64,000 nt of DNA from Nitrososphaerota archaeon (GTDB lineage Archaea > Thermoproteota > Nitrososphaeria_A > Caldarchaeales > Calditenuaceae). The DNA is taken from assembly GCA_038845265.1 (NCBI GenBank), contig JAWBQR010000006.1, positions 56,637 through 120,636 on the forward strand. Reading direction: 5' to 3'. Made by a program: the position numbers and the translations under genes. The first letter of the stretch is position 1; every line of letters starts with the position of its first letter. Positions 39,151 through 49,213 of this stretch are shown one piece after another. The notes beneath the pieces were generated by a model that ran no database searches, was not told where the DNA came from, and saw only the letters and a list, made by a program, of their open reading frames with translations.

Positions 39151-40110
39151 TTAAGCAAATTCTATTGTTGTACCTATGTTTTTCTCTTTTGCTAATCTAT
39201 ATGCCACGAGAGCCGCTGCCACATCTTGTATTCCTAGGCCAGATGAATCCATGATAGTTATCTCTGATTCAGAGGTCCGCCCCGGTTTTTTTCCTGCTAT
39301 AATTTCTCCCAGCTCAGCGTAAATTAATTCAGGCTTAAGATAATCCTTCTCAAGGGCGACTTCTCTTTTATCTACTACTACTTTTGCTTTATAATATATT
39401 TGTGAATCTAATTCTTGTTTACCTTTGTGGTCCGACCCTACTGTTGTTATGTGTATCCCTGCAGGTATCCATTCAGACTTTATGTAGGGTGTTTTTGATG
39501 GTGTTGCGGTCGATACTACGTCAACTCCCTTAAGTGCTTCTTCAACTGATCTAGACGGCTTTACCTCAATGCCTAGTTTCTTTCTCATCTCTTCTGCATA
39601 TTTCAAGCTTGCTTCAGGGAAGATATCGTAGACCCGAACTTCGTTTAGTTTTAGTACCTCAGACAAAGCAAGTAGTTGAGTTCTACCCTGTACACCTGCT
39701 CCAAAGATAGCAGCAACCTCTGAATCTTTTCTCGCTAAGTATCTTGCTGCTACGCCAGCTATGGCTCCTGTCCTGTAAGCAGTTATTGTTAATGCATCCA
39801 TGACTGCTAATGGAATTCCCTTTTTTGCGTCTGCCAGAATTACTACGCCTGTGATGCTTGGTAGATTATACTTTATTGGGTTTTCGAAATATCCGCTACT
39901 AAGTTTCACCCCAACAACGTCTAGGTTATTTATAAGAGCTGACTTTACTCCCCATACGCCATTGTGTTTACGGACATCGATGATGTATGGCATGGGCATC
40001 TCAACCTCGCCAAGCGCAAGCCCTTTAAATGCTTCTTGAACCGCATCGATAGTGTCTTTCATCGTCAATACCTTCTCGAGATCTTTTTTAGATAAAACTA
40101 GGAGCTCCAT
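39151..40110 (-). CDS. Ornithine cyclodeaminase / mu-crystallin / archaeal alanine dehydrogenase family
   Basis: ITAYRTGA, GAGVQG, GSDHKGKQEL and DSSGLGIQD motifs. Confidence 0.88.
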   Translation of the reverse strand: MELLVLSKKDLEKVLTMKDTIDAVQEAFKGLALGEVEMPMPYIIDVRKHNGVWGVKSALINNLDVVGVKLSSGYFENPIKYNLPSITGVVILADAKKGIPLAVMDALTITAYRTGAIAGVAARYLARKDSEVAAIFGAGVQGRTQLLALSEVLKLNEVRVYDIFPEASLKYAEEMRKKLGIEVKPSRSVEEALKGVDVVSTATPSKTPYIKSEWIPAGIHITTVGSDHKGKQELDSQIYYKAKVVVDKREVALEKDYLKPELIYAELGEIIAGKKPGRTSESEITIMDSSGLGIQDVAAALVAYRLAKEKNIGTTIEFA

Positions 40111-40200
40111 TTCAAGAAATCAATCAGATGCGAAGATATAAAGTTTACAAATAAGAAATTTTGAAAGAGATTAAAGTTAAGTTTGTGGCATTGCTGTGTA

Positions 40201-41535
40201 TTAATTCTTTTTAGAAATGATTTCCGTTCTGAGATAGTTTAGGACGCTCTCAAAGTCAGATGGTAGTTTAACGAACTTTCCCCTGATCTTCGATATGCTG
40301 CGTAAGTCCTTAAAGCCTGTACCAGTTATCATGCATAGAACTGTCTCGTCTCTATCTATTAGTCTGTCTTCTCTTAGCTTTCTTACTGCGGCTATCGTAG
40401 TCGAGCTTGAGGGCTCAGCAAATACGCCCTCCATTGATGATAGTTTGTATTCCGCTAATAATGTTTCTTCATCACTAACATCGATTGCGGTTCCCCCACT
40501 CTCCCTAATAGCAGGCAGAGCAAAACGAGCATCAAGTGGAATCGTATCAGCAATCGCATTACAAATTGTATCGATTTTTCCCCATGGATTAGAAAATACC
40601 TTCTCCAAGTCCCAGTTTTCTTTTATCGCTTTTACAAACGGAGCACATCCGGTTGCTTGTACACCCACCATTCTAGGCAGCTCGTCGCGATTTATGAGTC
40701 CTAGTATTTCTAGTTCTTTGAATCCTTTCCATATTGAACCTATGAGTCCTCCTCCACCAACCGGCGCTACTACGACATCAGGTAAACTGCCTAATTGTTC
40801 ATAGATCTCGTAAGAAATTGTCCTTCCACCTTCTACTGTATAGGGATTGTGAATACCGGCAGTTACGACATCATATATCTTTAATTTCTCAACCAATTTT
40901 TCTACTAGTGAGGCTACTTCAATATTGCTTGGAGTGTCTATCATGATGATTACTCCTCCATACATAGTTATTTGTACAAGCTTTTCTTCAGGGGCAATGT
41001 TTGGCACCATGATAAGTGGCAAGATTGATGCCTTAGAAGAATATGCAGCAACAGAGGCTCCAACATTACCTGAGGACGACGTAATCGAAACTTTATAGCC
41101 AAGCTCAAGTCCTCTCGAGATTGAAAGAGATAATTGTCTATCCTTCTGGGAGCCGGTAGGGTTCCAAGCCTCTATCTTTAGGAAAAGTCTACCAACATCA
41201 AGATAAGACTCTAGTCTATTAGCCCTTAAGATTTTTGTCCCACCTTCACCTATGCTAACGATGTTTTTGTCATCTATTAATGGAAGCAGCGGTCTATATT
41301 TCCAAATAGTTGATACAGTGCCATTAAATATCTCTCTAACCTTCTCCTTAATCTCTTCGTAGTCATAATCAACTATAAGTTGAGATTTACATTTTGGGCA
41401 CCTCAAGCTAGGGTCATTTGGTTCAAGTTCTACGCGACAAGACACACATCTCACACGGAAGTTTATCTTCAATTTCGCATAACCGTGATTATATTTCTTA
41501 TTTATGGATTGCGGTAAGTCTTTCTTTTCCAACAC
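40201..41535 (-). CDS. Threonine synthase-like PLP enzyme with N-terminal zinc ribbon (true start probably downstream of the track start)
   Basis: CVSC...CPKC; NPTGSQKDR; SSGN; PVGGGG; EPSS; ITGTGFKD. Confidence 0.85.
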   Translation of the reverse strand: MLEKKDLPQSINKKYNHGYAKLKINFRVRCVSCRVELEPNDPSLRCPKCKSQLIVDYDYEEIKEKVREIFNGTVSTIWKYRPLLPLIDDKNIVSIGEGGTKILRANRLESYLDVGRLFLKIEAWNPTGSQKDRQLSLSISRGLELGYKVSITSSSGNVGASVAAYSSKASILPLIMVPNIAPEEKLVQITMYGGVIIMIDTPSNIEVASLVEKLVEKLKIYDVVTAGIHNPYTVEGGRTISYEIYEQLGSLPDVVVAPVGGGGLIGSIWKGFKELEILGLINRDELPRMVGVQATGCAPFVKAIKENWDLEKVFSNPWGKIDTICNAIADTIPLDARFALPAIRESGGTAIDVSDEETLLAEYKLSSMEGVFAEPSSSTTIAAVRKLREDRLIDRDETVLCMITGTGFKDLRSISKIRGKFVKLPSDFESVLNYLRTEIISKKN

Positions 41536-41589
41536 CTTATAACTCAGATAATGGATTAATTCCAGTCAGTAATTTTAATTAGTAGGATT

Positions 41590-42711
41590 GTGAAGAGGAT
41601 AGGAGGAGCTAAGCTCCGATTAGTGGATGGTAATGTCCCCCATTTCGAAGAGATGGTAATCCTAGGAAGAGAGATTGCCAAATGCATAATCGATGAATAT
41701 GGAAATGATGTGTTCATTAATAGATTAGCTGATACTCATTGGTTTAGTTGTTTAGCCTGCGTCCTTGGCTTTGAATGGAATACTAGTGGACAGACAACTG
41801 TCACTTTGTTGGCGCTAAAGAAGGCTCTTAATGACGCGGGGCTAGGGTTAGTAGTTCTTGGAGGAAAGGGAAACGATATGAGAAAAATTGTTGAAGAAAT
41901 CAACCAGTATAGAAATAAAATTGACTTGGGGAGTGACCAAATAAATATACTCAGTAGAGCTTCAAAGTTTACTTGCAGAGTAGATAATAACGCATTGCAA
42001 GACTCTTATAACATATATTTCCACTCAATAATTTTGTCTGAGACTAATAGATGGACTATAATTAATCAGGGAATGAATCTGACAGACTTCACTGCTAGAA
42101 GATATCACTGGGTATCTGATAACATTTCTATAGAGGAGCCCCATGTAAGCATAAAGTCAGATAGCTCATCCGAAATTGCATTAGACATGGTCAGCAGGGC
42201 ATCAACGGAATGTAGGAAAATATGTATTGATATTCTTCACGATCACTCTCCAAGAAAATTACAGAACGATCTAGATATGATTTGGAGAAATATCAGTGGA
42301 CAGACATCATTGGAGAAATTAGATGTAGAAATGATTGATTTGTGTAGGGAAATTCCAAAGCATCTAATTCCTCCCAAGAAGTTTGACCAGGGAGTTTTGA
42401 TGAGGTTAAAAGATGCGGTGAGTGATTTTGGAGATCTACTTATGGCTGAGCGTGTTGGTCCAGCCACTATTAGGGGATTGGCTTTCATAGCAAGCCTAAT
42501 TTATGGTGCTCATGCTTCTTGGAAAGACCCAGTCAAGTATACTTACGCACATGGAACTAAATCTGGCTGGCCATATATGGTTGACAGAAAAGCAATGAGG
42601 CGAGAGGCAGAAATCTTGAAAGAAGCAGTAGAAAATTCAAAGATAGGCAATAAACAAAAAATATTAGCAATCGCGAGACTTAGTAAATACATAGACATTC
42701 TATATCAATAA
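41590..42711 (+). CDS. DUF763-family protein
   Basis: LGFEWNTSGQTT, GGKG, VDNNALQD, QGMN...ARRYHW, DPVKYTYAHGTK. Confidence 0.8.
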   Translation: MKRIGGAKLRLVDGNVPHFEEMVILGREIAKCIIDEYGNDVFINRLADTHWFSCLACVLGFEWNTSGQTTVTLLALKKALNDAGLGLVVLGGKGNDMRKIVEEINQYRNKIDLGSDQINILSRASKFTCRVDNNALQDSYNIYFHSIILSETNRWTIINQGMNLTDFTARRYHWVSDNISIEEPHVSIKSDSSSEIALDMVSRASTECRKICIDILHDHSPRKLQNDLDMIWRNISGQTSLEKLDVEMIDLCREIPKHLIPPKKFDQGVLMRLKDAVSDFGDLLMAERVGPATIRGLAFIASLIYGAHASWKDPVKYTYAHGTKSGWPYMVDRKAMRREAEILKEAVENSKIGNKQKILAIARLSKYIDILYQ

Positions 42712-42742
42712 CATTAAACATTCTCAAAAGAATTAATCTATG

Positions 42743-42855
42743 CGCCGGGGGTGGGATTTGAACCCACACGCCCCTTGCGGGGCAGCGGCTCCCACGTCTG
42801 ACCAGACTCAAATTGATCTCGAGGCCGCCCCACTACCTGGTTATGGGACCCCGGC
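42743..42855 (-). tRNA. tRNA-Ser(CGA) with 27-nt intron at 37/38 (intron 42791-42817)
   Basis: GCCGGGG/CCCCGGC acceptor stem; GCGGC/GCCGC anticodon stem; loop CT-CGA-GA after splicing; long variable arm GCCCCGCAAGGGGC; GTTCAAATC T-loop; discriminator G. Confidence 0.92.
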
Positions 42856-42877
42856 ATTACCTCTCCATATATACACA

Positions 42878-44413
42878 TCAAATGTGGGTTAATTTATTTT
42901 TAATGGTTCTCTTCAACTTTATCAACTTTAGGATATAGTGTGAAAACAAAGCAGTTTGAAATGCTGATATAATAATTAGTGCCATAGTTGTTGATGTCAA
43001 TGTTTTAATTATCAACTGAACATTATCCTTCTTAGATATGTCAATGATTGAGGAGGCGTAACCGATACTAGTGACTGCGCTGAAATTATAGATGGCGATG
43101 GGCATCCTTATTCTCGCGCTACCGTTGATAATCGAATGTTTTGAAGAGTTTACAAGTATTAATGCATTTTTTATTAGTGTCCCGTCAACATGTTTCACGG
43201 TTATCTCAATTTCTTTACTTTCAATAATTATCGTATTCAAGTCTTCTTTCTTAAGTGTAATGTTTTTTATCATGTTAGAGATGTCAACTGAATATACCTC
43301 GATTTTTGAATTTATAATAGCGTAGTTATTGTGAGTGTCGTTTAATAATTGTAGTCTGGTTGGAACTATATAAGTTATGTGATCGGATTTAAGTGATAGC
43401 ATTTCTAATACGTCAAAACTATAATCATCAATATTTTTTGAAAGGGCTTTATCATATACAATTAGCCTATAAACCGGTACCTTAACGTTTATCACGTCAA
43501 TTCTACCCGTTGATACATTATAATAGGCTATCTTAATGTTGTCATTAATCAATTCAGTTAATTCTACATCAATAGTCCTAGTGATTGACTGTAAATTAAC
43601 TTCTTCTGGAATGATTAATAATTCATCTACGTAATTGAGAATTGTCGACCCTGTGCCCGTACAAACAACTTTCAGCCTAATTGGTCCTACCCTAAGTGGA
43701 ATTATGCCGCCACTTCCAACCTTTCCTACTTCGGGAATTTCGAAATTTATGACTATCGGTTCAGCTATGGGCTTGCTAAATCTGTTGGTATATTCTGAAA
43801 CAACTGCATCAGTCTTATAATGGTATTGGACATCCCCTATTAATCCAGAGAGCTCTATTGGTTCATTGTATTCGAGAGTTATTCTTACGTGGGTAGTTCC
43901 TGATGGAATTGTTATATGCAAGTTTTTTGATGGATTCATTATTTTAGTGACGTTTTTACTCTTGGCTAGGAATCCTATGAAAGCTGAACCTTCTAGTGAC
44001 AATCTTAGCACATCATCACTAATTTTCTGAATCGATATATAATGGTCCTTAGGAGAGTAATTGTCGATTACTTTAAGAGACATTGTTCCTAGTTTAGAGT
44101 GTCTAAGTAGCCATGTACCAACATCGCTTGCATTAAATGTCAGTACTTTCATTTTCTTTCCCTCCTCTAAGAAGTATTCATATCTTCTGTATATTGGGTC
44201 TATAATTGTGATGTTAGCAGAGCTACCGATAGTTTTTAATTCTAGTTCTTCACCAACAAAGAATGTTAATTCAGCTCCGTCTATAAACGGAAGCATTCTA
44301 TCCCCACCATATCCTATTAGAAGAGCATCAACTCTCAGAGAATCTATAGGGTAAAGTCCATTCGTTAAAAATAGTGAAAGCAATAGTATCGAGGCGAGTA
44401 ATCCTTTTTTCAT
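42878..44413 (-). CDS. Hypothetical exported, membrane-anchored beta-rich protein
   Basis: Signal-like MKKGLLASILLLSLFL; C-terminal TM helix and basic tail; last gene of the MoxR operon. Confidence 0.65.
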   Translation of the reverse strand: MKKGLLASILLLSLFLTNGLYPIDSLRVDALLIGYGGDRMLPFIDGAELTFFVGEELELKTIGSSANITIIDPIYRRYEYFLEEGKKMKVLTFNASDVGTWLLRHSKLGTMSLKVIDNYSPKDHYISIQKISDDVLRLSLEGSAFIGFLAKSKNVTKIMNPSKNLHITIPSGTTHVRITLEYNEPIELSGLIGDVQYHYKTDAVVSEYTNRFSKPIAEPIVINFEIPEVGKVGSGGIIPLRVGPIRLKVVCTGTGSTILNYVDELLIIPEEVNLQSITRTIDVELTELINDNIKIAYYNVSTGRIDVINVKVPVYRLIVYDKALSKNIDDYSFDVLEMLSLKSDHITYIVPTRLQLLNDTHNNYAIINSKIEVYSVDISNMIKNITLKKEDLNTIIIESKEIEITVKHVDGTLIKNALILVNSSKHSIINGSARIRMPIAIYNFSAVTSIGYASSIIDISKKDNVQLIIKTLTSTTMALIIISAFQTALFSHYILKLIKLKRTIKNKLTHI

Positions 44414-45138
44414 TTCAAGACCCGGGTATAAATGGATATGCCTATTAGGCTAGCTGCCGTGAAGATTAGACTCAATACCACGGAGTCTACAAATAATAAC
44501 GAATAGAAAACAATCACTCCGATTATAGAAATGCTCAAAATTAATGATACTGATAATACATTATCACTTGGTTTCACCTGCTTTGTGCTACCTTTTAGAC
44601 TAAGATAGTAAACAAACGCAAGAGCTGAAATGGCGGCTAGGGGTGAAGATAGTGATAGAGAAATTTCTCTTATTACTTCTGAGCTCAACATAACCGTCTT
44701 GATGACTCGGAATATGTAATTGTAAAATATTGAAAAGGCTGTTTTATCTGAGTTAAGGACAGCATCTACTGACAAGAGAGTCGTGATGTATGTTGCAAAG
44801 TAGTTTGTATATATGGATGTCGGAGTGTTTGATTTGAAATAACCATACATAAATAAGAATGAAAGACTAAGTATATATCCAGTTGTTAGTTCAATTAGCA
44901 TTATAAAATTTTCATTCATTATTAACTCATATAACGAGTAAACAGCCGGTGCATATATTAGGAAAATTACAAAATTTTGATACTTATCAGGTAAAGTCAT
45001 AGTAAGAAGCGAGAATAGTCCGAGAACTATAAACAGTGTAATTTTCACATTGACTAAGACGATGATTATTAGGTAAAATATCAATGATAAGGAAAGTAGA
45101 AAGCTCAAAGCGTATCTATACTTTTGTGAGTGGCTCAA
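44410..45138 (-). CDS. Hypothetical polytopic membrane protein
   Basis: ~7 hydrophobic segments; 4-bp overlaps with both neighbours. Confidence 0.65.
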   Translation of the reverse strand: MSHSQKYRYALSFLLSLSLIFYLIIIVLVNVKITLFIVLGLFSLLTMTLPDKYQNFVIFLIYAPAVYSLYELIMNENFIMLIELTTGYILSLSFLFMYGYFKSNTPTSIYTNYFATYITTLLSVDAVLNSDKTAFSIFYNYIFRVIKTVMLSSEVIREISLSLSSPLAAISALAFVYYLSLKGSTKQVKPSDNVLSVSLILSISIIGVIVFYSLLFVDSVVLSLIFTAASLIGISIYTRVLK

Positions 45139-46442
45139 TGAGTTTTCCTCCCCATAAATATTCTCTTCGTGTCAAATATATAAGACGTAGGTGAAACATA
45201 ATATAATGTTACTTTATCGCCAAATATTGAAGACCATTTTGATTTTAATAATTCATCGAATTCTATTAATTGTGTAAAATCGAAATTATTAATTACACTA
45301 GGATAATACTCTTTGATGGATGGCATGAAAATTATTATTTTACAGTCTTTATTAATTGCTAAATCAATCATATCTTTAATTATTTTATTATTTGTCGTAG
45401 GTGGATTTGTAAATACAATTATATAGGAATTTTTTTGAAGTTCTTTAGAAAACTGTAAAAAAATATCAGGCGATGCAATTAAAGATGTCGGGAAGATAAA
45501 TTCTGTTACTAGTAATGCTTCATGAATATTCCGAATCTCGGTTTTTTTGAGTTGTTGATTTGGTAAAGTTGAGTTAAGTAAATAAATTCTTACCTCATTT
45601 CCTGATTCGAGTGCTGTTCTCATAATTGTTATTATTGCGGATTTTACTGTCTCGATGTATGGATATAATATTCCTGCATTAATTGCGCTTGAACAGTCTA
45701 CAATTATTGATATTTTAGTTTTGGCGAGTTTTTCAAACTTCTTGACCAACAGATCTTCTGATTGTAAGCTCGCCGATTTTTTCCAGTGGATATAACGTAT
45801 GCTGTCTCCTTCTTCATATGTTTTAACACTAATGAATTCTTCGTCATGACCAGTAAAGGGATTTACGCCTATTCCAATTGGTGGTTTAGCTTGCTGATTC
45901 CTTAAATTCAATAATATACGTGTTGTCTCAAATAATGTTTCTGAGGAATATATCTCTCCGGGTGCCTCAAGAGTTATTTTTCGACCGATAATCATTAGTG
46001 GGTCATAAAGAATTAAATTGACATGTCTGAAAATTACTATCTTAAATTGCTCTTTAAGTCTAGCTTTATATTTTATTTTAATTTTGCCGTCAGGACCTAA
46101 CGTATCCAGTTTGAATGTTGTCCCATCTATGGGGGTTATTTCTTCATGGAATTCATCTTTCAGCTCAGCTACTAGAGGTTCATTAATTTTAGGAGAAGCC
46201 GAAACAGTTACTTCAATTACATTAGCTAAGGATGAGACATCATAGTATATGTTTCTTTCAGCATTAAAGGCATTTGTTAAATATTTTTTCAACTTTTGAA
46301 AATTGATAAACATGTAGAATATTATAAAGAAGTGGATGAAAATGGCCGCTAAAAATAATTGCGGATTGTATAGGAATGTTGAAACTAATAATATTGTAAT
46401 TGTGCTTTCAATTAGCAGTAAGAATCCTCTTGAAGTGAGCAT
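45135..46442 (-). CDS. DUF58 family protein (vWA-like MoxR partner)
   Basis: EFISVKTYEEGDSIRYIHWKKSA, LLVKKFE, IIVDCSSA; two N-terminal TMs. Confidence 0.85.
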   Translation of the reverse strand: MLTSRGFLLLIESTITILLVSTFLYNPQLFLAAIFIHFFIIFYMFINFQKLKKYLTNAFNAERNIYYDVSSLANVIEVTVSASPKINEPLVAELKDEFHEEITPIDGTTFKLDTLGPDGKIKIKYKARLKEQFKIVIFRHVNLILYDPLMIIGRKITLEAPGEIYSSETLFETTRILLNLRNQQAKPPIGIGVNPFTGHDEEFISVKTYEEGDSIRYIHWKKSASLQSEDLLVKKFEKLAKTKISIIVDCSSAINAGILYPYIETVKSAIITIMRTALESGNEVRIYLLNSTLPNQQLKKTEIRNIHEALLVTEFIFPTSLIASPDIFLQFSKELQKNSYIIVFTNPPTTNNKIIKDMIDLAINKDCKIIIFMPSIKEYYPSVINNFDFTQLIEFDELLKSKWSSIFGDKVTLYYVSPTSYIFDTKRIFMGRKTH

Positions 46443-47404
46443 TAACGTGGCGGGGTCACCGTTTCAATTATTTCTTTAACAATTTCGACTTGAGGATTCA
46501 TTTTGTAATTAGTTTTCGGTGAAGTTTTAGGCAAAATTCTATGGTTAAGTACTAATGGAGCTATGTACTTGACATGGTCGGGAGTGACGAATTCATAACC
46601 AAAAACAGCTGCTGTTGCCTTAGATGCATAAAGTAGCGCTACTTCTCCCCTAGTGCTGGCGCCGAAAAATATTCGTGGGTCTTCTCTTGTTTTTCTTACT
46701 ATGTCGACGATGTATAGCATTATATCTTCATCTACATGTACATCACGTACTTGTCTTATCGCTTCTGCAATTTTATCTCGTTCTGTAACGGGTTTTATAT
46801 CTACTTCCTCTCCTGATATGTTTTTTAATTTGAGTATTTCTACTTCCTCGTCTCTGGATGGATGACTTACAGGGATTCTTAGAAGGAACCTATCAAGCTC
46901 TGCCTCAGGCAAGGGGTATGTGCCTTCTAACTCAATGGGGTTTTGAGTTGCAATTACAATAAATGGTCGGGGCAATGGATATGTTACACCCTCTATAGTA
47001 ACTTGCCGTTCTTGCATAGCTTCTAATAATGCTGATTGAGTCCTAGGAGCACCTCTATTAATCTCATCGGCAAGAACAACATTCGCAAATATTGGGCCTC
47101 TTCTATAAATAAACTCGTTCGTTCTTTTATCGTATACCATTGTCCCTAAAATATCTGAGGGAAGAAGATCACTAGTAAATTGGATTCTTTTAAAATCCAT
47201 GTTTAGTGTTTTGGCGAAGTATTTTGCTAAGTATGTCTTTGCGAGTCCAGGAACTCCCTCAATTAATACATGTCCCTCAGCTAACGTCGCTATAAGTAAC
47301 GCATTTATTGCAGCTTCAAGTCCGACAATTACTTTCCGTAACTCCTTATTCACGTCTTCAGCAAGTCTTTTTATCCATTCTAGTTTACCCAATTTATAAT
47401 TCAC
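46442..47404 (-). CDS. moxR: MoxR-family AAA+ ATPase
   Basis: [44 protein letters not shown]. Confidence 0.93.
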   Translation of the reverse strand: MNYKLGKLEWIKRLAEDVNKELRKVIVGLEAAINALLIATLAEGHVLIEGVPGLAKTYLAKYFAKTLNMDFKRIQFTSDLLPSDILGTMVYDKRTNEFIYRRGPIFANVVLADEINRGAPRTQSALLEAMQERQVTIEGVTYPLPRPFIVIATQNPIELEGTYPLPEAELDRFLLRIPVSHPSRDEEVEILKLKNISGEEVDIKPVTERDKIAEAIRQVRDVHVDEDIMLYIVDIVRKTREDPRIFFGASTRGEVALLYASKATAAVFGYEFVTPDHVKYIAPLVLNHRILPKTSPKTNYKMNPQVEIVKEIIETVTPPR

Positions 47405-47804
47405 CCCTAATCCAATTGAATAATTTAATAATAATTAATCGCTTAAATTTGAGAGGAATAGGAAATATTGAAGATAAAGAAATTATTAATTTCACTAATA
47501 GTGCTGTCTTCATCTTGATTAGTTTTGCCTCTATTAAGCTATCAACTAAAGAAAGTAAGGAATTCTTAGGAAATTTTTCTGTTTGACCAGAAATATAAGA
47601 TATGGCTTCAGAGAGATAATACTTTGGGTAGGGCAAGGTTTTTTGCACACTTATTTTTAATCTATTTGTCGTCAATAGAAAGATAGTAAATGCAGTGATA
47701 AATACGAATAGAATTGTTAATCCGCCAGTAAGACTTATGATAGGTGCTTCCACTTCAACATTATAATTACTGATGATCGATATAGCTGTTTTTCCTAATC
47801 CCAT
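47394..47804 (-). CDS. Hypothetical membrane protein, first gene of the MoxR operon
   Basis: One TM segment; overlaps the moxR start; co-oriented. Confidence 0.5.
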   Translation of the reverse strand: MGLGKTAISIISNYNVEVEAPIISLTGGLTILFVFITAFTIFLLTTNRLKISVQKTLPYPKYYLSEAISYISGQTEKFPKNSLLSLVDSLIEAKLIKMKTALLVKLIISLSSIFPIPLKFKRLIIIKLFNWIRGEL

Positions 47805-47836
47805 ATTTAGCTAAACTTGACGCAACCTTTCATTAT

Positions 47837-48721
47837 CTACCTGTTTAAGAGATAGTTTAATATGGAAAGTGAGGCATATACCGCTTCTTCTGTCCTGACG
47901 GTTCTCACACCTTGCTCGGGTATAAAATTTATTACTACGCTGAAAAGATCATCAAGGCTATATCCCTGTCCTTCTGCTATTTCATAGAGACCCTTCTTGT
48001 AAGATCCAAAAGCAATACAAATAGGTGATTTAATGCTACTTGTTTCAAATTTGATTCTTTCTGCGACTTCTGTTATTGGTAAACCTTTCCTGCTTGTTGC
48101 TATTGAATACTCATATTGCCCTAATGCTTCTTTCAGATCGCCTGAATGTATCTGAGTAGCAGTTCCAATATAATAGCCGAAACTTGATTTTGTCAATAGT
48201 TTGATTTTTAGTTTTCCCTTGATCTTTCCGCTCATTAATAATACTTTGCTTCTAGGTCTTCTTGGATTTTTTAGTTTAATTAATTTGGAAAAACCTGCAT
48301 CAACAAAGTAATTTGCGCCTTTCTTAATAACAAGCCCCTCCCTAAGCTCAAAATTATTTAGTGGCGGGCCGTTTGTTGTAGGGTGCGTCGGAATGTTTAA
48401 AGGAGGCAAAAGTCCGGCGTATTTAAGTTCTGGCATGACTGGGTAGAGGCTTTTCCTGAGATATGGCGCAGTATTCATATAGTCAGATATGATTTTAATC
48501 AGTTTGGCAGCTGGATCTGGATGTTTTGGGTCTTCATGATAGATTATTAATTTCTCAACTCGAAATGTTGCTAAGGCTCTGCATAACTGTCCGATTCTTA
48601 GAGTCTTTTCTCTCAGATGCTGCGCATCTCCTGCAAAGCTGCTTGGAAGCAAGACGTGTATTGGTGGTGATGTTTTCTTGGGTGCCCAAATAATTTTATA
48701 TATCGAGGACAAACCTGACAT
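47837..48721 (-). CDS. SPOUT-family RNA methyltransferase (DUF171/SPOUT1-like)
   Basis: LREKT..IGQLCRA, TAPYLRK, GLLPPLNIPTH, NFIPEQGVRTVRTEEA. Confidence 0.88.
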   Translation of the reverse strand: MSGLSSIYKIIWAPKKTSPPIHVLLPSSFAGDAQHLREKTLRIGQLCRALATFRVEKLIIYHEDPKHPDPAAKLIKIISDYMNTAPYLRKSLYPVMPELKYAGLLPPLNIPTHPTTNGPPLNNFELREGLVIKKGANYFVDAGFSKLIKLKNPRRPRSKVLLMSGKIKGKLKIKLLTKSSFGYYIGTATQIHSGDLKEALGQYEYSIATSRKGLPITEVAERIKFETSSIKSPICIAFGSYKKGLYEIAEGQGYSLDDLFSVVINFIPEQGVRTVRTEEAVYASLSILNYLLNR

Positions 48722-49142
48722 ATGCTATATCATCTTTTTCTCCAAATTCCATAAGCCAGTACGTAGGAGACTTTACGTCTATCCCAGCTTTGTGCCTAGC
48801 TGGGTCATATCTTTCACCGAATACTTCAGCCTTTATGTAAATTGGCTCTGAATCAATCGACAGGTCCTTCACATTAATTTCAGATACTATAATGCCCTCT
48901 ACATCAAATAAGATGAGTAATTTTTCAAGCCAGTTATAAAGCAGAGAAAACTTATCTATGCCATCTGCTTCAATTACTTTCTTAATATCCTTTTTTACAT
49001 GTTCTATATTTCTGATGATGACGGCGAAAAGAGCTTTTCCCGCCTCCTCGAATGCTTCTTTGAAGTCTTTACCATAAGCCTCAATATATGCATCACTCGT
49101 ATGTTCGAGCATTAGATATCCACGCGTCAATTCTGCCCACAT
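48696..49142 (-). CDS. Archease
   Basis: EHTSD, LYNWLE, DVKSPTY; C-terminal FVLDI. Confidence 0.9.
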   Translation of the reverse strand: MWAELTRGYLMLEHTSDAYIEAYGKDFKEAFEEAGKALFAVIIRNIEHVKKDIKKVIEADGIDKFSLLYNWLEKLLILFDVEGIIVSEINVKDLSIDSEPIYIKAEVFGERYDPARHKAGIDVKSPTYWLMEFGEKDDIAYVRFVLDI

Positions 49143-49213
49143 TAAAGAGATGCATTACTGATTATTAAAAGTCAAATAAGGTTTAACTCCGAGTATAGTC
49201 ATTAGATTTAGGC

